From contig OZ024741.1 of the NCBI GenBank assembly GCA_964016885.1, positions 123,318,001 to 123,382,000 of the forward strand: a DNA stretch of 64,000 bases. The letters are read 5' to 3'. Each line of letters starts with the position of its first letter. Position 1 is the first letter of the stretch. Shown in pieces: positions 17,017-30,071 of this stretch. This DNA comes from Eledone cirrhosa (Eukaryota). The notes beneath the pieces were generated by a model that made no database searches, was not told the DNA's origin, and saw nothing but the letters and a program-made list of their open reading frames with translations. The translations under genes were made by a program, and so were the position numbers.

Positions 17017-17154
17017 TCATTTCTGAAGATGGCATATATAAGTGAAGGTATGTATATCTCCTCTGATAATATGTAATATTTATTTTACATAGATCTTTAA
17101 TATGATATACATACCAACATACACATATATATCCCAGAGACGATCGTAAAATGA
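17017..17154 (+). ncRNA. Type-I hammerhead motif with 107-nt stem II (GAAAC mutated to GAGAC)
   Basis: tcattt CTGAAGA tgg...cca GAGAC gatc GTA aaatga; 6-bp stem I, palindromic stem III ACGATCGT. Confidence 0.7.
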
Positions 17155-17209
17155 TTATTATTTTAATATAAGGAACCTGTTCTTTGTTTTTATTTCATTG
17201 TGTTTATTA

Positions 17210-17286
<77 letters not shown>

Positions 17287-17934
17287 TAACTCATGCATTC
17301 ACCTTTTCTTACAGCCGAACAGCCGAAGTTGCTGACAATTAACCCTACTGTAAAGTGATTTTACTTGCCCTTTTAAATATGAAATTTTTCCTTCTAATCA
17401 ATGTTTATGGTGTATGTAAATGCCAGTTTTACTACCTTGAATTAATGAATATAACTTCTTAACGTTGAGTGTTTTACAAACATAAGCACTTAGAAAATAT
17501 AATACTATCCACAAATACAATTTAAACTATGTAATATATTGATGCATATTTGTTTAACCTTATATGCAACAGATATTGTTAGACAATAATATCCTACCCT
17601 TTCATGTTTCTTTCAAAAATACATGATGAATTCCACAGAGAAGACATGATTATTTGATGCGTCTTAGAAAATATTTCAAATGCATAGTACTTCTTACATT
17701 TTATCCATTTAAAATGATGTATTTTCCGTCGGCTTTCACTTAGGTGAAACATCCATGCAGAAAATTCGAGGATGCTAACACTTATCCGCTTAGGAATGTT
17801 TAAATGCTATAAATATTGCAAAATTTTATACATATATTCCTTTAGATATATAGAGTCACATCACATTACAAACGTATTTCTTCCATGTACTGTGCCGTTT
17901 GATTTGTTATTTTTGTTATATATATATATATATA

Positions 17935-18830
17935 TAATTATAAGTTTGAAGAACATACAGATAGAATTTACCTAATCTTTTTTATCAGTCCGGAGAAATT
18001 AACTAAATTGATAATCAATTAAACGAAGCTAAGTATAAAATGTAAGTTTGAAGAATTAATAGATACATGTTTACCAATATTCCTCTAGCACCGACTGTCG
18101 GCAGCGTCACTTGTGCTATGTGGAAATAGGCAAAATTGCTGCACGTGCACAGTATCCTCGATTAGGAGCATTTTTATCCAAAGTGATCGTCGCCAGTAAG
18201 AAATTGAAAAAGAGTGAAATTGTCAAGTGGCAAACTGTCAGGATAGGAATGTTATGAAAGGTAGACTGGTGGCCAGTAAGTTTATTGCTAGAAGAAGCAG
18301 TTAGTTACAGCCTAATTTTTACTCAACCGTATGAGAGTTAGAACATAGTTAGAGGAGACAGATATATTTAAACGTAAACATAGATACATATACGAGGGTA
18401 GCCCACCTTCAATGATTAGGCTCAATGAATAAATAAAATAAATAATCATTAATCAGAGCTATATAAAATTATAAGTTTGAAGAACAGGCAGATAAAATTT
18501 ACCTAATCTTTCTTCTCGATCTGGAAAAATTAACTAAATAAATAAGCAATTAACTGGAGCTAAGTTTCGCAAACATTTACCTATTATTTCTTCAAACTTC
18601 CATTTTAAACTTAGCTCCGTTTAATTGATTATTGATATAGTTAATTTCTTCGGACTAAGGAAAAAATTACGTAAATTTTATCCTTATATTCTTCAAACTC
18701 ATAATTTTATATAGCTATGATTAATGATTATTTAATTAATTCATTCACTGGGCTCCACTCCGTTTGAATATATTTGTTTCTTCTGACTCAGTTCTAACTT
18801 CCATACGGTGGAGTAAAATGTTGGCTGTTT
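17935..18830. mobile_element. Partial-tandem plus inverted non-coding unit, related to the 30.1-31.1 kb family
   Basis: ATAAGTTTGAAGAACA...AATTAACTAAAT repeated at about 17940 and 18470 and inverted at about 18575-18830; 18155-18335 resembles the reverse complement of 30420-30600. Confidence 0.7.
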
Positions 18831-18924
18831 ATTGGTTGGTGTCTTCGAAGATCACACTAAAACGAAGCTGACAATCTAAAACTGATGCAATAATGGTAGA
18901 GTAAGAAAGGTTTATTGTTACTCG

Positions 18925-19130
18925 TTTTATGACATCAACAAAGAAAGAAAAGCATATCGGCTATGCTAAACAACTCGATTAGTATCTGCTATATGGGAGC
19001 TAGAACTTCGATTCATATATATATATATATATATATATATGAATCGAAGTTCTAGCACCCATATAGCAGATACTAATCGAGTTGTTTAGCATAGCCGATA
19101 TGCTTTTCTTTCTTTTTTGATGTCATAAAA
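18925..19130. repeat. 206-bp near-perfect palindrome centred on (AT)13
   Basis: 90-bp arms with 2 mismatches; centre between 19027 and 19028. Confidence 0.95.
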
Positions 19131-19158
19131 TGTCATCTATATATATATATATATAAAA

Positions 19159-19251
<93 letters not shown>

Positions 19252-19252
19252 G

Positions 19253-19303
<51 letters not shown>

Positions 19304-19304
19304 G

Positions 19305-19418
<114 letters not shown>

Positions 19419-19439
19419 CACTCACATATAAATATATAA

Positions 19440-19811
19440 ACTTTGATTTTGAACCTAATTGTGTATGGTTGGCTATATGTCTAATCAATTTCTACGGGCT
19501 ATTAGAAATACTAGGTAAATCTTTTGTGGCTGTTGATCGCGGATAAAATAGCTATCGTTTATTTATCTATTGTTTCTTCATAGGTACATTTTAATCTTAT
19601 AGCCTCGTTTAATTTACTTTTTGTCTGGTTAATTATACTGATTGGGAGGAGAAATACTGTATATATTTTATCAAATGATTCTATGGACTTACTTTATTAT
19701 ATATTGCTCTGATTGTTGATTATTTGATTAATTAATTCGTCATTGGGCCACACCGTGAATGTTTACCAAAAACACATATAAATATCTATGGCTCTGTCTA
19801 GTTTATGTAAA

Positions 19812-19815
<4 letters not shown>
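19440..19815 (+). mobile_element. Diverged copy of the 30.1-31.1 kb repeat unit, between microsatellites
   Basis: TGTGTATGGTTG...TTTCTTCATAGG...TGGTTAATTAT..ATTGGGAG...TATATTGCTCTGATT...TATGTAAA. Confidence 0.75.
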
Positions 19816-19879
<64 letters not shown>

Positions 19880-20624
19880 AATTTATACATATATAAAGGA
19901 CTTATGACAGGCAAGCGTCTCAGCGATCGTATGTGTATATTTAACAGTTCAAAATTACCACACTTAGACCAATTACATCAATTGTCAATCAAGAGTATTC
20001 AAACTATACAGCCACATAAAAAGATGAACACGTGGTGTCAGTAGGTTATGCCTAGAATGAAGGTTGACTAGTAGGTGAAGCAGAGGCCAGCAGACAAAAC
20101 GATGGTTTGACAATGTCAAATTATGTACTATACTTGTTCTTTGCTCTCTGAACTCTGTTGCTGGTGACCGAACTTCGTGGATAGAGATATCACCTGTTGA
20201 TGCGCAGTATGCAACTGGCAGAGTTTAGCGTCTCAATAGATATATAAAGGGGCGCATAACGAATAAAGAACGGAAAAAGTTTGTGACTTTGTTATTAATT
20301 TCCCCAAAAAGTGTTTTTTAATTTCTGCCATCACCATACAAATCTAATTTTGTGTAGAGATTTACAACATAATCGGACATTGTTGGACAGACCGATAATC
20401 TACTCCCAGTCCCCCACGCCCCAACACAATCACACACACATACACACACGTACATATATATATATACATAAATATGTACATATATATATATATATATATA
20501 AGCGTGTGTGTCTGTGTGTAGTCAAAATGTGTGAGGATTGCGAGCAATTAATTTTGTGCAATGTGGAATACGGTTAGTAAAACAAATATTGCACTATATA
20601 TATATATATATAGGAACATGTATG

Positions 20625-20720
20625 ACCTCGACGGCAGTGCTCAAGCCGTTTCGACGGCTATTTCTGGAGTAAATAAGAATGTTTAGCCTGGTAAATAAAT
20701 AGCCGAACTTCTCAGGGGGT
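20625..20720 (-). ncRNA. Type-I hammerhead-like motif with variant core CUGAGAA
   Basis: Reverse complement: acccc CTGAGAA gttcggctattt...aaatagccgtc GAAAC ggc ttgagcact gcc GTC gaggt. Confidence 0.65.
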
Positions 20721-21545
20721 ATTACCTTATATGGGAAGATAGTAATTGTCAAGCGGATTGGTCAAAAATTTGTTGTAAAGACAGATCATGGCATTTGGTG
20801 GACGGTAGGGGTGGCTGAACTTGCCGGTAGAACAAAGAGGGAGTGGGAGAAACCCAGTGAAGCGTTTAAATTGAAATCTATACAGCAGATTCTAAGGATA
20901 GTGTATAAAAGGTCGAGAAAAGTGTACTGGAGAAGAGGAGTGGGGGGGGGGGAAGAATAGGTAAATCGAAAGGGAGTAATAAAAAAAACCCTTATAAAAA
21001 TAAGGAAATAATATATAAAAACTATTTCTGGTTACTACTCCACTTCTACAATCACCACATTTCTCATTGGTATTGCTAAGATATAGAAAAGTTTAATAGG
21101 TGGAGAATGGGAAAAATACTAAATACGAGATTGTAGTGAAAGATATTAATAAAGCCGGCTTTACAGGGGGTCTAACACCGCTGCTATAGATAGTTAGTAA
21201 TCAGCCAATGCTATCTTACAATGACAGGTTAATAAGTTGAGAGCAAACATACTAAAATACTACTACAAAAATATTAATACTAATATTCGATTTACCTATT
21301 CTTTCACCCCCCCCCCCCTCCGTCCCTCCTCTTCTCCAGTACACTTTTTTCGACCTTTTATACACTATCCTTAGAATCTGCTGTCTAGATTTCGATTTAA
21401 ACGCTTAACTGTGTTTTCCCCACCCCCTCTTTTTTCTACCGGCAAGTTCAGCCACCCCTACCTTCCACCAAATGCCATGACCTGTCTTTACAACAAATGT
21501 TTGACCAATCCTCTTGACAATTACTATCTTCCCATATCAGGTAAT

Positions 21546-21641
21546 ACCCCCTGAGAAGTTCGGCTATTTATTTACCAGGCTAAAAATTCTTATTTAGTCC
21601 AGAAATAGCCGTCGAAATGGCTTGAGCTCTGCCGTCGGGGT
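21546..21641 (+). ncRNA. Type-I hammerhead-like motif with variant core CUGAGAA
   Basis: acccc CTGAGAA gttcggctattt...aaatagccgtc GAAA tggc ttgagctct gcc GTC ggggt; all three stems pair. Confidence 0.65.
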
Positions 21642-21934
21642 CATGCATGTTCCTATTACCCACTCTACTACCCTAAGTATTGAGTACTTTGGTGCGTTAT
21701 GGTCCATCTGGTTCCTTAACACAATTCCTTCGTTAAATATATATATATATATATATAAACCAATCTATTGTTGATCTATTCTTAATCATTAACGAATCAT
21801 CTGTTTAATTTACCATAGAAATATAATTGTATTCCTGTTCTAAGAGAGAATATATGTTTGCTAAATTTCACATCCCGAACATTAGCGGCTAAGATCGTAT
21901 GAACTTAGTGATAAAAATAGTATTAATAAATCGG

Positions 21935-21984
21935 ACAATTATATATTTGTGATGTTTTTGGAAACATCACAAATATATAATTGT
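21935..21984. repeat. Perfect 23-bp hairpin
   Basis: ACAATTATATATTTGTGATGTTT-ttgg-AAACATCACAAATATATAATTGT. Confidence 0.9.
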
Positions 21985-22414
21985 TCATTATATTAATACA
22001 TTTTCACTCATTCATCTCCTACGCTTTTTCTGGAATGTATTCATATTTATAGCTGTGTGCTTTTCCTCTTTTTTTCAGTAAAGGTGTCCTTTTGATTTCG
22101 GTCTTGTACTTATTTAGTAACTTAACCGATTTCAGATGTTCTGTAACTCACACACGCAAACACTCATTCGCACACACACACACGTAAAAATGTCTCCCTC
22201 TGTCTCTGTCTGTATGTCTCCTCCTCTCTCTCTCTCTCTCTCTTTATATATCCAGCTCTGTGCACCTAACCTCTGCATGAACCCAGCCACCTAGCTGCCT
22301 TCCACTGCATATTGCTCATTGAGCACATGCCTTTACGCTTTGGCTTCTAACTAATTCACCAATCTCTCTTCACCTCTCCTATCTCCATCTCTCTCTTTAA
22401 GATTTGTTACTCTT

Positions 22415-22641
<227 letters not shown>

Positions 22642-23207
22642 TTAGGAAACATATAGAGCGACTAGTTGTTTGAGTGATCGTGGAATATTGTCAGAAATAT
22701 ATATATATGTGTGTGCGTGAGTGTGTGTGTGCGTGTGATGTGTGGGGGTGGGTGGGTGTTTAGGTTGGTGTGAATTTTGTATATCTAATGATTATATAGT
22801 ATGTTTACGAATAAATATTTTGAAAGTCTGACAGCATTAATGTGACAGGGAGATATAATTATTACCATATTCTAAATATATTAGATATACCTATGGTCGA
22901 TGTGATACAATAATATTCTTTTGAAGGGCTGGCATTAAAGTTTTAATTGAAAGTATTCAACAATCTGGTGAAAGAGGAGTCTTAATTATATCTATAGCAG
23001 GTTTGACCATTAATCTTGATTAGTAATTCTACGACTTGACTGCGGCTTGTGTTCGTGTGATAAATATCTAATTCCACGTTGGTATCTCTGTAAGGAATTG
23101 AAAGTTTTAATTTTGTTTCATATTTATCTTTCATAATTAATCTAATGACGTAATTCAAAATAAAAACAAACGAAAAACAGAGATATACAATCAAGTAATG
23201 TGTATGT

Positions 23208-23700
23208 CACCACGTGACTTAGTGGTTAGGGCTAGTCCCGCGATCACAAGATCGTTGCGTTCGATTACTGGCGGCGCACAAAACACTTCAATTTACGTTG
23301 CTCTTCTCCGCGCATTTGGTAAGGTCTCAGTTTAAAGTCTGCCTTAAGCTAGAAGGCTTGTCGGTGTTTGTCCCAGTTTCATGGCGTGAAGCGACTGAGA
23401 GTGCAATATTCCCCCGTGCTGCTACTCATTTGCAGTTGAGTATATTGGAGCAACGTGAAATGAAGTGTTTTGTTCAAGAACACAACTCGTTACCCAGGAA
23501 TCGAACCCACAACACTGTGATCGTAAGTCGAACACCCTTACCACTAGCACGTGCTTTCACTGGATTTGGTGAAACTGATGTGTATATTTAGTTCAAAGGA
23601 CCATCCCCGTGACACACTCTGTTACGCTGAATATCATTACATCGTAGATAGTCAGTTTGTTGAACGCTAAGCCACTTGAATATTAACTTCAGGAAGTTCA
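23208..23700. mobile_element. SINE family B (plus) interrupted by an antisense family-B copy (~23415-23555)
   Basis: Plus-strand head CACGTGACTTAGTGGTTAGGG...GTTCGATT; minus copy GGAGCAACGTGAAATGAAGTGTTTTG...GGAATCGAACCC; plus body resumes at TTCAAAGGACCA. Confidence 0.7.
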
Positions 23701-24119
23701 ACGAAAACTGTGTGACTTCAATAATAGTAGTCGGTTAATTATGAAGGATAAATGTAAAACAGTATTCTAACTGGTGGTTACAATTCCAAACAGAATGAAT
23801 AATGCGTAGTATATTTTGCTCCGGAACACTGCGCACCAACCATAGAGTTAAATGTTTAGTTGATCAAACTATAACACACTTCATCAAAACCAAGGGAGAT
23901 TCATTCTAGCATACCATATAGTAGAATAGAAGGTAGGGTGTTTTTATTGCTAATCATGATGCCCATCCTCCCCTCTTTCTGTTGGAGTAGATGTTTCACT
24001 TTGCCGAAGCTCCTCTACACATTTCGTAGCGTTCTTTGTTACGCATATCACCTCATTGACCTCGATACATAACCTGAGTGGCAGATGAAGAGATATGTAT
24101 CATCATGTTTGACGATTTG

Positions 24120-24630
24120 TGATGGCAACAGGCCACCAAACCCGTTAGGAACGGTGGTTTTGGTCAGTCTCCGGTCTCACTGGTTGTGCCAGGATTTCTT
24201 TTGTCGGTAACATATTGCTGTGACCTCATCAACAGGGTTCTCCACAACACAACGGTACCCACAGTTATTGAGGAACGCGAGGCCACCTGCGAGAATTGAA
24301 ACCGACTCGAACCCCATCCAGTAGACGTCCCTCCTCTTACCCCTATAGACGTCAAATCCTACCAGAGTATATGGGATGCCATGCAGCGTGCCATCGCCTT
24401 GGACCGTCTAGCTTGCCAGCTCGACAAGCATCAGCTCACATGTTTTTGCTCCTCCTCGCAACCTCGCAGCGGTAACTGGCTCAAAGTCTTAACCTCCTTT
24501 TCAACTTGCACGCAGCTAGATAGCGATAGCCTGGGAATCTTGGTTTCCCCGAGGTTCCGCCTCCGGATCAGCGAGCCACACAAATGTCGCTGTGGATCCA
24601 CTGTAGAAACTTTCGGCCTCTACCCGCAGA
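24120..24630 (+). mobile_element. CRE-clade non-LTR retrotransposon fragment (post-RT region to zinc knuckle)
   Basis: WQQATKPVRNGGFG...; SGNWLKVL...QLDSDSL...RLRISEPHKCRCGSTVETFGLYP. Confidence 0.75.
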
Positions 24631-25774
24631 CGGAGGCAGTGACAATGATAAATGTATTATATACAGTCCTTCTTAGGAATATTTTGTTTCAGTTTACCCT
24701 GTAACCGCATGTAATATTTCACACAAAATGTTTGATATGTAACTAGATTATAAACTATGTTAGACAGTTAATTTAAAGCAATACGTGACAGACTCTGGGG
24801 CAGATTAATGTATGTGAATGTACATGTATAAGTGAATGTAGGGAGAATAAGTACTAGAGTGGTAGGATTTGCTATACCATAATTTCTACAAATGTCGATG
24901 GGAATATATATGTTTGAATTTGTCAAAAAAAGAAACAAAAAACGTGAGAGGAAAAATATATGCCTTACGATTGGGAAGTAGAGCGAGAGCAACATCAAGT
25001 CGTAGACAAATGGCAAAAGTATTGCTGCGTTGAACGGCCAGCAACAGTAATTACATTAAATGCTCCACCTTATGCAAAACATTTATGCACACTTTTCATT
25101 TTGAGGAGGAAAATGGCTGTTCAGGGACAGAGGACACCAATAGTCTTGCCGGCGAAAAGAAATCGGTCAATCACGATCAAGTATTTAGTACCTTGCGCCC
25201 CTCTACATTACATGATTGGGTTTGTGGCCGAAATGACAAGGTTGGGGGTGGAGAACATGCTGCAATAAAATGTACGATGCAGTAAAATATATTTATGCCT
25301 GTCTTCTAAGATATATAAAGATATCTGTCATAAACGATTTCATATCTCCATAGAAGATAAGTATTATCCGATAGATATAATTAGATGTAGATTTAACAAT
25401 TACAGTGGATTGGTATTTAGATGATATATCAAACAATTTATAGGCGTCAATTATATTTATCTATTGGCAAAATAATTCTCAAAGGCATTTACGTAGCTAG
25501 GCGTTAGTTATAATGACAAAAGTCCGATACACTTTGCACATAGATTAACACAATCAATTATAGGTTCACACATGCACACATACACCCATATTTGTTTATA
25601 TGTGAACGTATACGTCTATATACGTATTACCCCGAGTTCTACTTTGAATAAATTAGTTTCTCGCCGTGTTAACCAATTATAACGTAATTGCTATACTACT
25701 ACAAATTCGTATTTACCCTATTCTCATTTTTATACTCTTTGAAGCTCTCGATTAGCTTGCGTAGTTTGTGAATA

Positions 25775-26025
25775 CACTTGCTTAGCGGTTAATGTGTTAG
25801 GAGCACGATCGTAAGATCATATGCTCGATTCCCACCGGTATGTTGTATTATTGAGCAAGACGTTTTATTTCACCATGCAGCACCAGAATTGGCTGACAAA
25901 AATGAGGTGTACATGTAAATCAAAGGGCCACCTTTGTAATATACTGTGCTATCTAGAATCTCACCGAGAACTTTAAGTATGTGCATGCCTGGGGGAATCT
26001 TCTAGGATTTGTTGTTCAATTCAGA
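25775..26025 (+). mobile_element. SINE family B
   Basis: GCTTAGCGGTTAATGTG...CACGATCGTAAG...CTCGATTCCC...TTGAGCAAGAC...CAAAAATGAG...TCAAAGGGCCA. Confidence 0.75.
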
Positions 26026-26259
26026 ATCACGCTCTCTGTATTGAGTTAAGTTTATTACTTTTATGTTGATAACAATTGAAAGTTCTATTTTTATAGAAAC
26101 TAGAATGAGTATGACTTAGTCACACATCAGTTACTACTGTGGATCCAATTGTTTCATATAAACCACAGTCTGATAAATGTGTCCGAACATGGAAGAACCG
26201 AATTCCCACTACTATCGCCTCGATCTCTCTCGCCCTCCCCATCTCTCTGTATTATGAGC

Positions 26260-26660
26260 AAATGGGGTCCTACGTGCTGGTCGTCCCACAGCCCCGGCGG
26301 ACAGAATGGAAAAGACGTTTCCCTGGAAGATGGTAAGGGAGGTGCTCTGGAAGAGCCAATCCATCTCGCGAAGCTCACACCTGCAGATGGCCTGCTCAAC
26401 GCCTATGGTAGTAAGTAGGGAGGTAGCCCTAGGGCCAAGGACACCAGAAGTCTGCTGCTAAAGGCACGACCGCATACCTGTCGGAGAGCGACCGGTACTT
26501 GGAGAGTTTGCCCTCCGCAGCCCGAAGTGCAGTAGAACTTGGGTTAGACGCAGATTGCACCAGGTTGCGGCTGGAGAAAGTGGCGCTGCAAGTGGCATCC
26601 CAGACGAGGGGTTTGCCACCACGGAACTGTAAGATGGTCATAGCATCATCAAATAACTGT
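26260..26660 (-). mobile_element. CRE-clade restriction-like endonuclease C-terminus
   Basis: GKPLVWDATC...AAEGKLSKYRSLSDRYAVVPLA; then REMDWLFQSTSLTIFQGNVFSIL. Confidence 0.8.
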
Positions 26661-27013
26661 AACACTCATCCGTTCAGAACAACCGGAAGTCGAACACGCG
26701 TATTTAAATGTTCTCATCTCTTGACTGAGTGCGAAAAGCAAAATAGATAAATGGAAAGCGTCAAAATAATGATATATTCCTTTATTCTTACATTTAGGGC
26801 AATATATTTCTTCTAACATCTGGTTTTAGTGATCTTTTCCTTTTCATCTCTCAATCATTGGCTGTATTCAGTCCTTTACGGTAGAATGTATAGAAGCATA
26901 TATATCTATCTATATCTTTCTACGTATTTATCTATCTATCAATATATCTATGTAACTATCTATCTATGTATCTATCGATCTATAAATCTCTCTCTTTCCA
27001 TCTTTTTCTCTCT

Positions 27014-27445
<432 letters not shown>

Positions 27446-28387
27446 ACGTGTACGGGAGTGTGTGTCTGTGTATATGTATTTGCGTGTATATGTATTTGCG
27501 TGCTAAAGCCTTTTCATGTCTCCAAAATCTTGGATGATATTCTTTTTGATCTTTGGCTTTGATGAGGTATATGTTATCCAGATTTTACAGTTTGATTCTC
27601 TGTACATTGAACCTTAAAAGCATACTTCCTGATGGCAAAAATATAGTTACATGTAAAACGTCCTTTCTTTCAAAATAAAACGATAAAAATATACTTGCAA
27701 AGAAATCATCACATATATTCAATAACATTTGTTTCCCCATAGTATTTTTGTTTGTTTTAATATTTTTATCAACACATACTCCTTTCATTTTCTATGTAAC
27801 TATTTTACTTTCTTTCTCTCTTTCTTTCTTTCTTTCTTTCTTTTTTTCTCTTTTCGCTCTTTCTCTCTTTCTTTCTTTTTATTCTTTTTTTCTTGCGTGG
27901 ACTCGGCATGATCGAATGGTTAAGGGGATCTCTAATCACCAGTTCGATACTTTCATTGGGGGAGAAAATGGAGTAGCCAGAAACTATTCGGAAGCCCATC
28001 AAATGTACTGTACTTGTACTTCAAAGGACCAGTCACTTCTTCACATACTGCATAGCGCTGGCACTCCATGAGTATTACTTTAAAGACGCGTGTCTTAAGA
28101 ATGCTAAACTTTCTATGCGCAACATGAAAACTTCTCATCGACACCAATGAAGCCCTTTGACGATTATTTACACCGAACAAGAATATATTACAAAAAAATA
28201 ATTTATTGAAATCGATTGTTTTCAATACAAAACATATTAGGAATTCAAATAGTAACATTTCTTTCATAAAACATACTGAAAATGTATTTGTGTTGTTTGC
28301 ATTGTGTAAATATCTATTGTGTATTAATATGATGTCACGAGAGATGAATAATAACAATATCGAATCGAATCTGCTATAAGAAACATA

Positions 28388-28600
28388 GGCGGTGGATTGG
28401 CAGTATCGGTAGAGAGTCGGACGCCATGCTTTCCAGTATAGTTACGTCCCTTTACGATCTGAGTTCAAATCCCGCCGAGGTTGACTTTGCCTTTCATCCT
28501 TACGGGGTCGATAAAATAAAGTACCAGTAATGAACTGGGTAATTGCTGGCCTTGTGCCTAAAGTAGACACAAATATTTATATTATTATTATTATTGTTAT
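28388..28600 (+). mobile_element. SINE family A, near-consensus copy
   Basis: GGCGGTGGATTGGCAGTATCGGTAGAG...GAGTTCAAATCCCGCCGAGG... Confidence 0.9.
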
Positions 28601-28676
28601 TATTAACATTCTTCTTTTTCATTACCTTTTCTTATTCGTCTTCTTTTTTCTTTTCATTGTTACTATTAATATTAAG

Positions 28677-28880
28677 GGCGGTGGATTGGCAGTATCGGTA
28701 GAGAGTAAGAAACCATACTTTGCAGCATCGAGTTATGGTCCTTTACTGTCTGAGTTCAAATCGCGCCGACGTTAACTTTGCGTTTCATCCTTACGAGGTC
28801 GATAAATAATGTACCAGTAATGCACTGGGATAATTATTGGCCAAAAGTTGAAACAATTATTATTCTTAATATTATTATTA
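28677..28880 (+). mobile_element. SINE family A, tandem second copy
   Basis: Same head, core and tail as 28388. Confidence 0.9.
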
Positions 28881-29269
28881 CTTTTATGTTAATTTCGTTC
28901 TCATCAACACCACCACCAACACCATAATCATCATAACCCCTACCCCAACCACTGCATCATCATTGCTATTACTAAGTGATATAACTCAAAGTATATAACT
29001 TCACAGATTTTTTCTTATATACTTGTAATGTGTCTGTTTATATGTCGATACCTTATTCCTTATTCCTTGTGAATAATTTGGTAAAATATGACTCATGTTG
29101 TCATTTTATGCAGATTGAACGCCCTGAATTCTAACTTCATTTTCACTTTCATGCAACATGAATATGGCGGATAGTGGCTTCTTTTTTTGTTCGTGACGTT
29201 CTTCTCATTGAAGATTAAAACGGCTAATATTGGGGGGTTGACATTTAAAAAAGTATCTTTAGTCAGAAT

Positions 29270-29304
<35 letters not shown>

Positions 29305-29306
29305 CT

Positions 29307-29436
<130 letters not shown>

Positions 29437-29513
29437 TACTAACGTTTTTCTTCTGATAGAAGTTGAGAACACTTTTCTTAGCTTGATATAAACAGTATAA
29501 GTTCAGTATGTTT

Positions 29514-29555
<42 letters not shown>

Positions 29556-29874
29556 TTGCCTGTGTGAGATCCAATGTGTGATATATTAAATATTTTTAAT
29601 GTACAACAAAAGCCATCCCTCTGGGTATATCTGGCATTCAAACACACTTCACCCAATTGTTGATTATGCTAAGTAAACTTGTCAGCTGATATTTTTCAAG
29701 CAGCTCTTTTGTCTGATACAAGATGCTGCCATAATATATCATGATTCGAACCTTTTGATTTAGTGCAATAAATACGTCGATAGACACAACTACATACAAA
29801 ACACCATCAACACATGAACACATATTTAATGCATGTACGTAAATATGAGTATGAATATCTGTATATATATAAAA

Positions 29875-29888
29875 CTCAGATTACATTT

Positions 29889-29934
<46 letters not shown>

Positions 29935-29948
29935 AAATGTAATCTGAG
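29875..29948. repeat. Perfect palindrome centred on (TA)19
   Basis: CTCAGATTACATTTATTG-(TA)n-CAATAAATGTAATCTGAG. Confidence 0.95.
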
Positions 29949-30071
29949 CTTTTCGAATATTAATAATTATTTCTACTTTTGGCAAAAGGCCAGCAATTAC
30001 CCAGTACATTACCGGTACTTTATTTTATCGGCCCCGTGGGATGAAAGGCAAAGTTAACCTTTTCAATATAT
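29931..30071 (-). mobile_element. Truncated copy of the hammerhead/SINE chimera (SINE 3' half plus unique tail)
   Basis: Matches 35169-35300 and the reverse complement of 35925-36060. Confidence 0.75.

Larger units (their letters stand above)
15759..17214. mobile_element. Divergent inverted pair of a non-coding hammerhead-bearing unit (arms 15887-16193 and 16913-17214)
   Basis: The ~305-bp arms are reverse complements; (TG)n on the left and (TA)n on the right. Confidence 0.85.
20611..21737. mobile_element. Divergent inverted pair of a hammerhead-bearing unit (arms 20611-20970 and 21286-21656), with (TA)n at both ends
   Basis: ~365-bp reverse-complement arms. Confidence 0.9.

Noticed and set aside
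24950-25285. GC-richer stretch with a 102-aa ORF
   Set aside because: No recognisable homology or splice structure.
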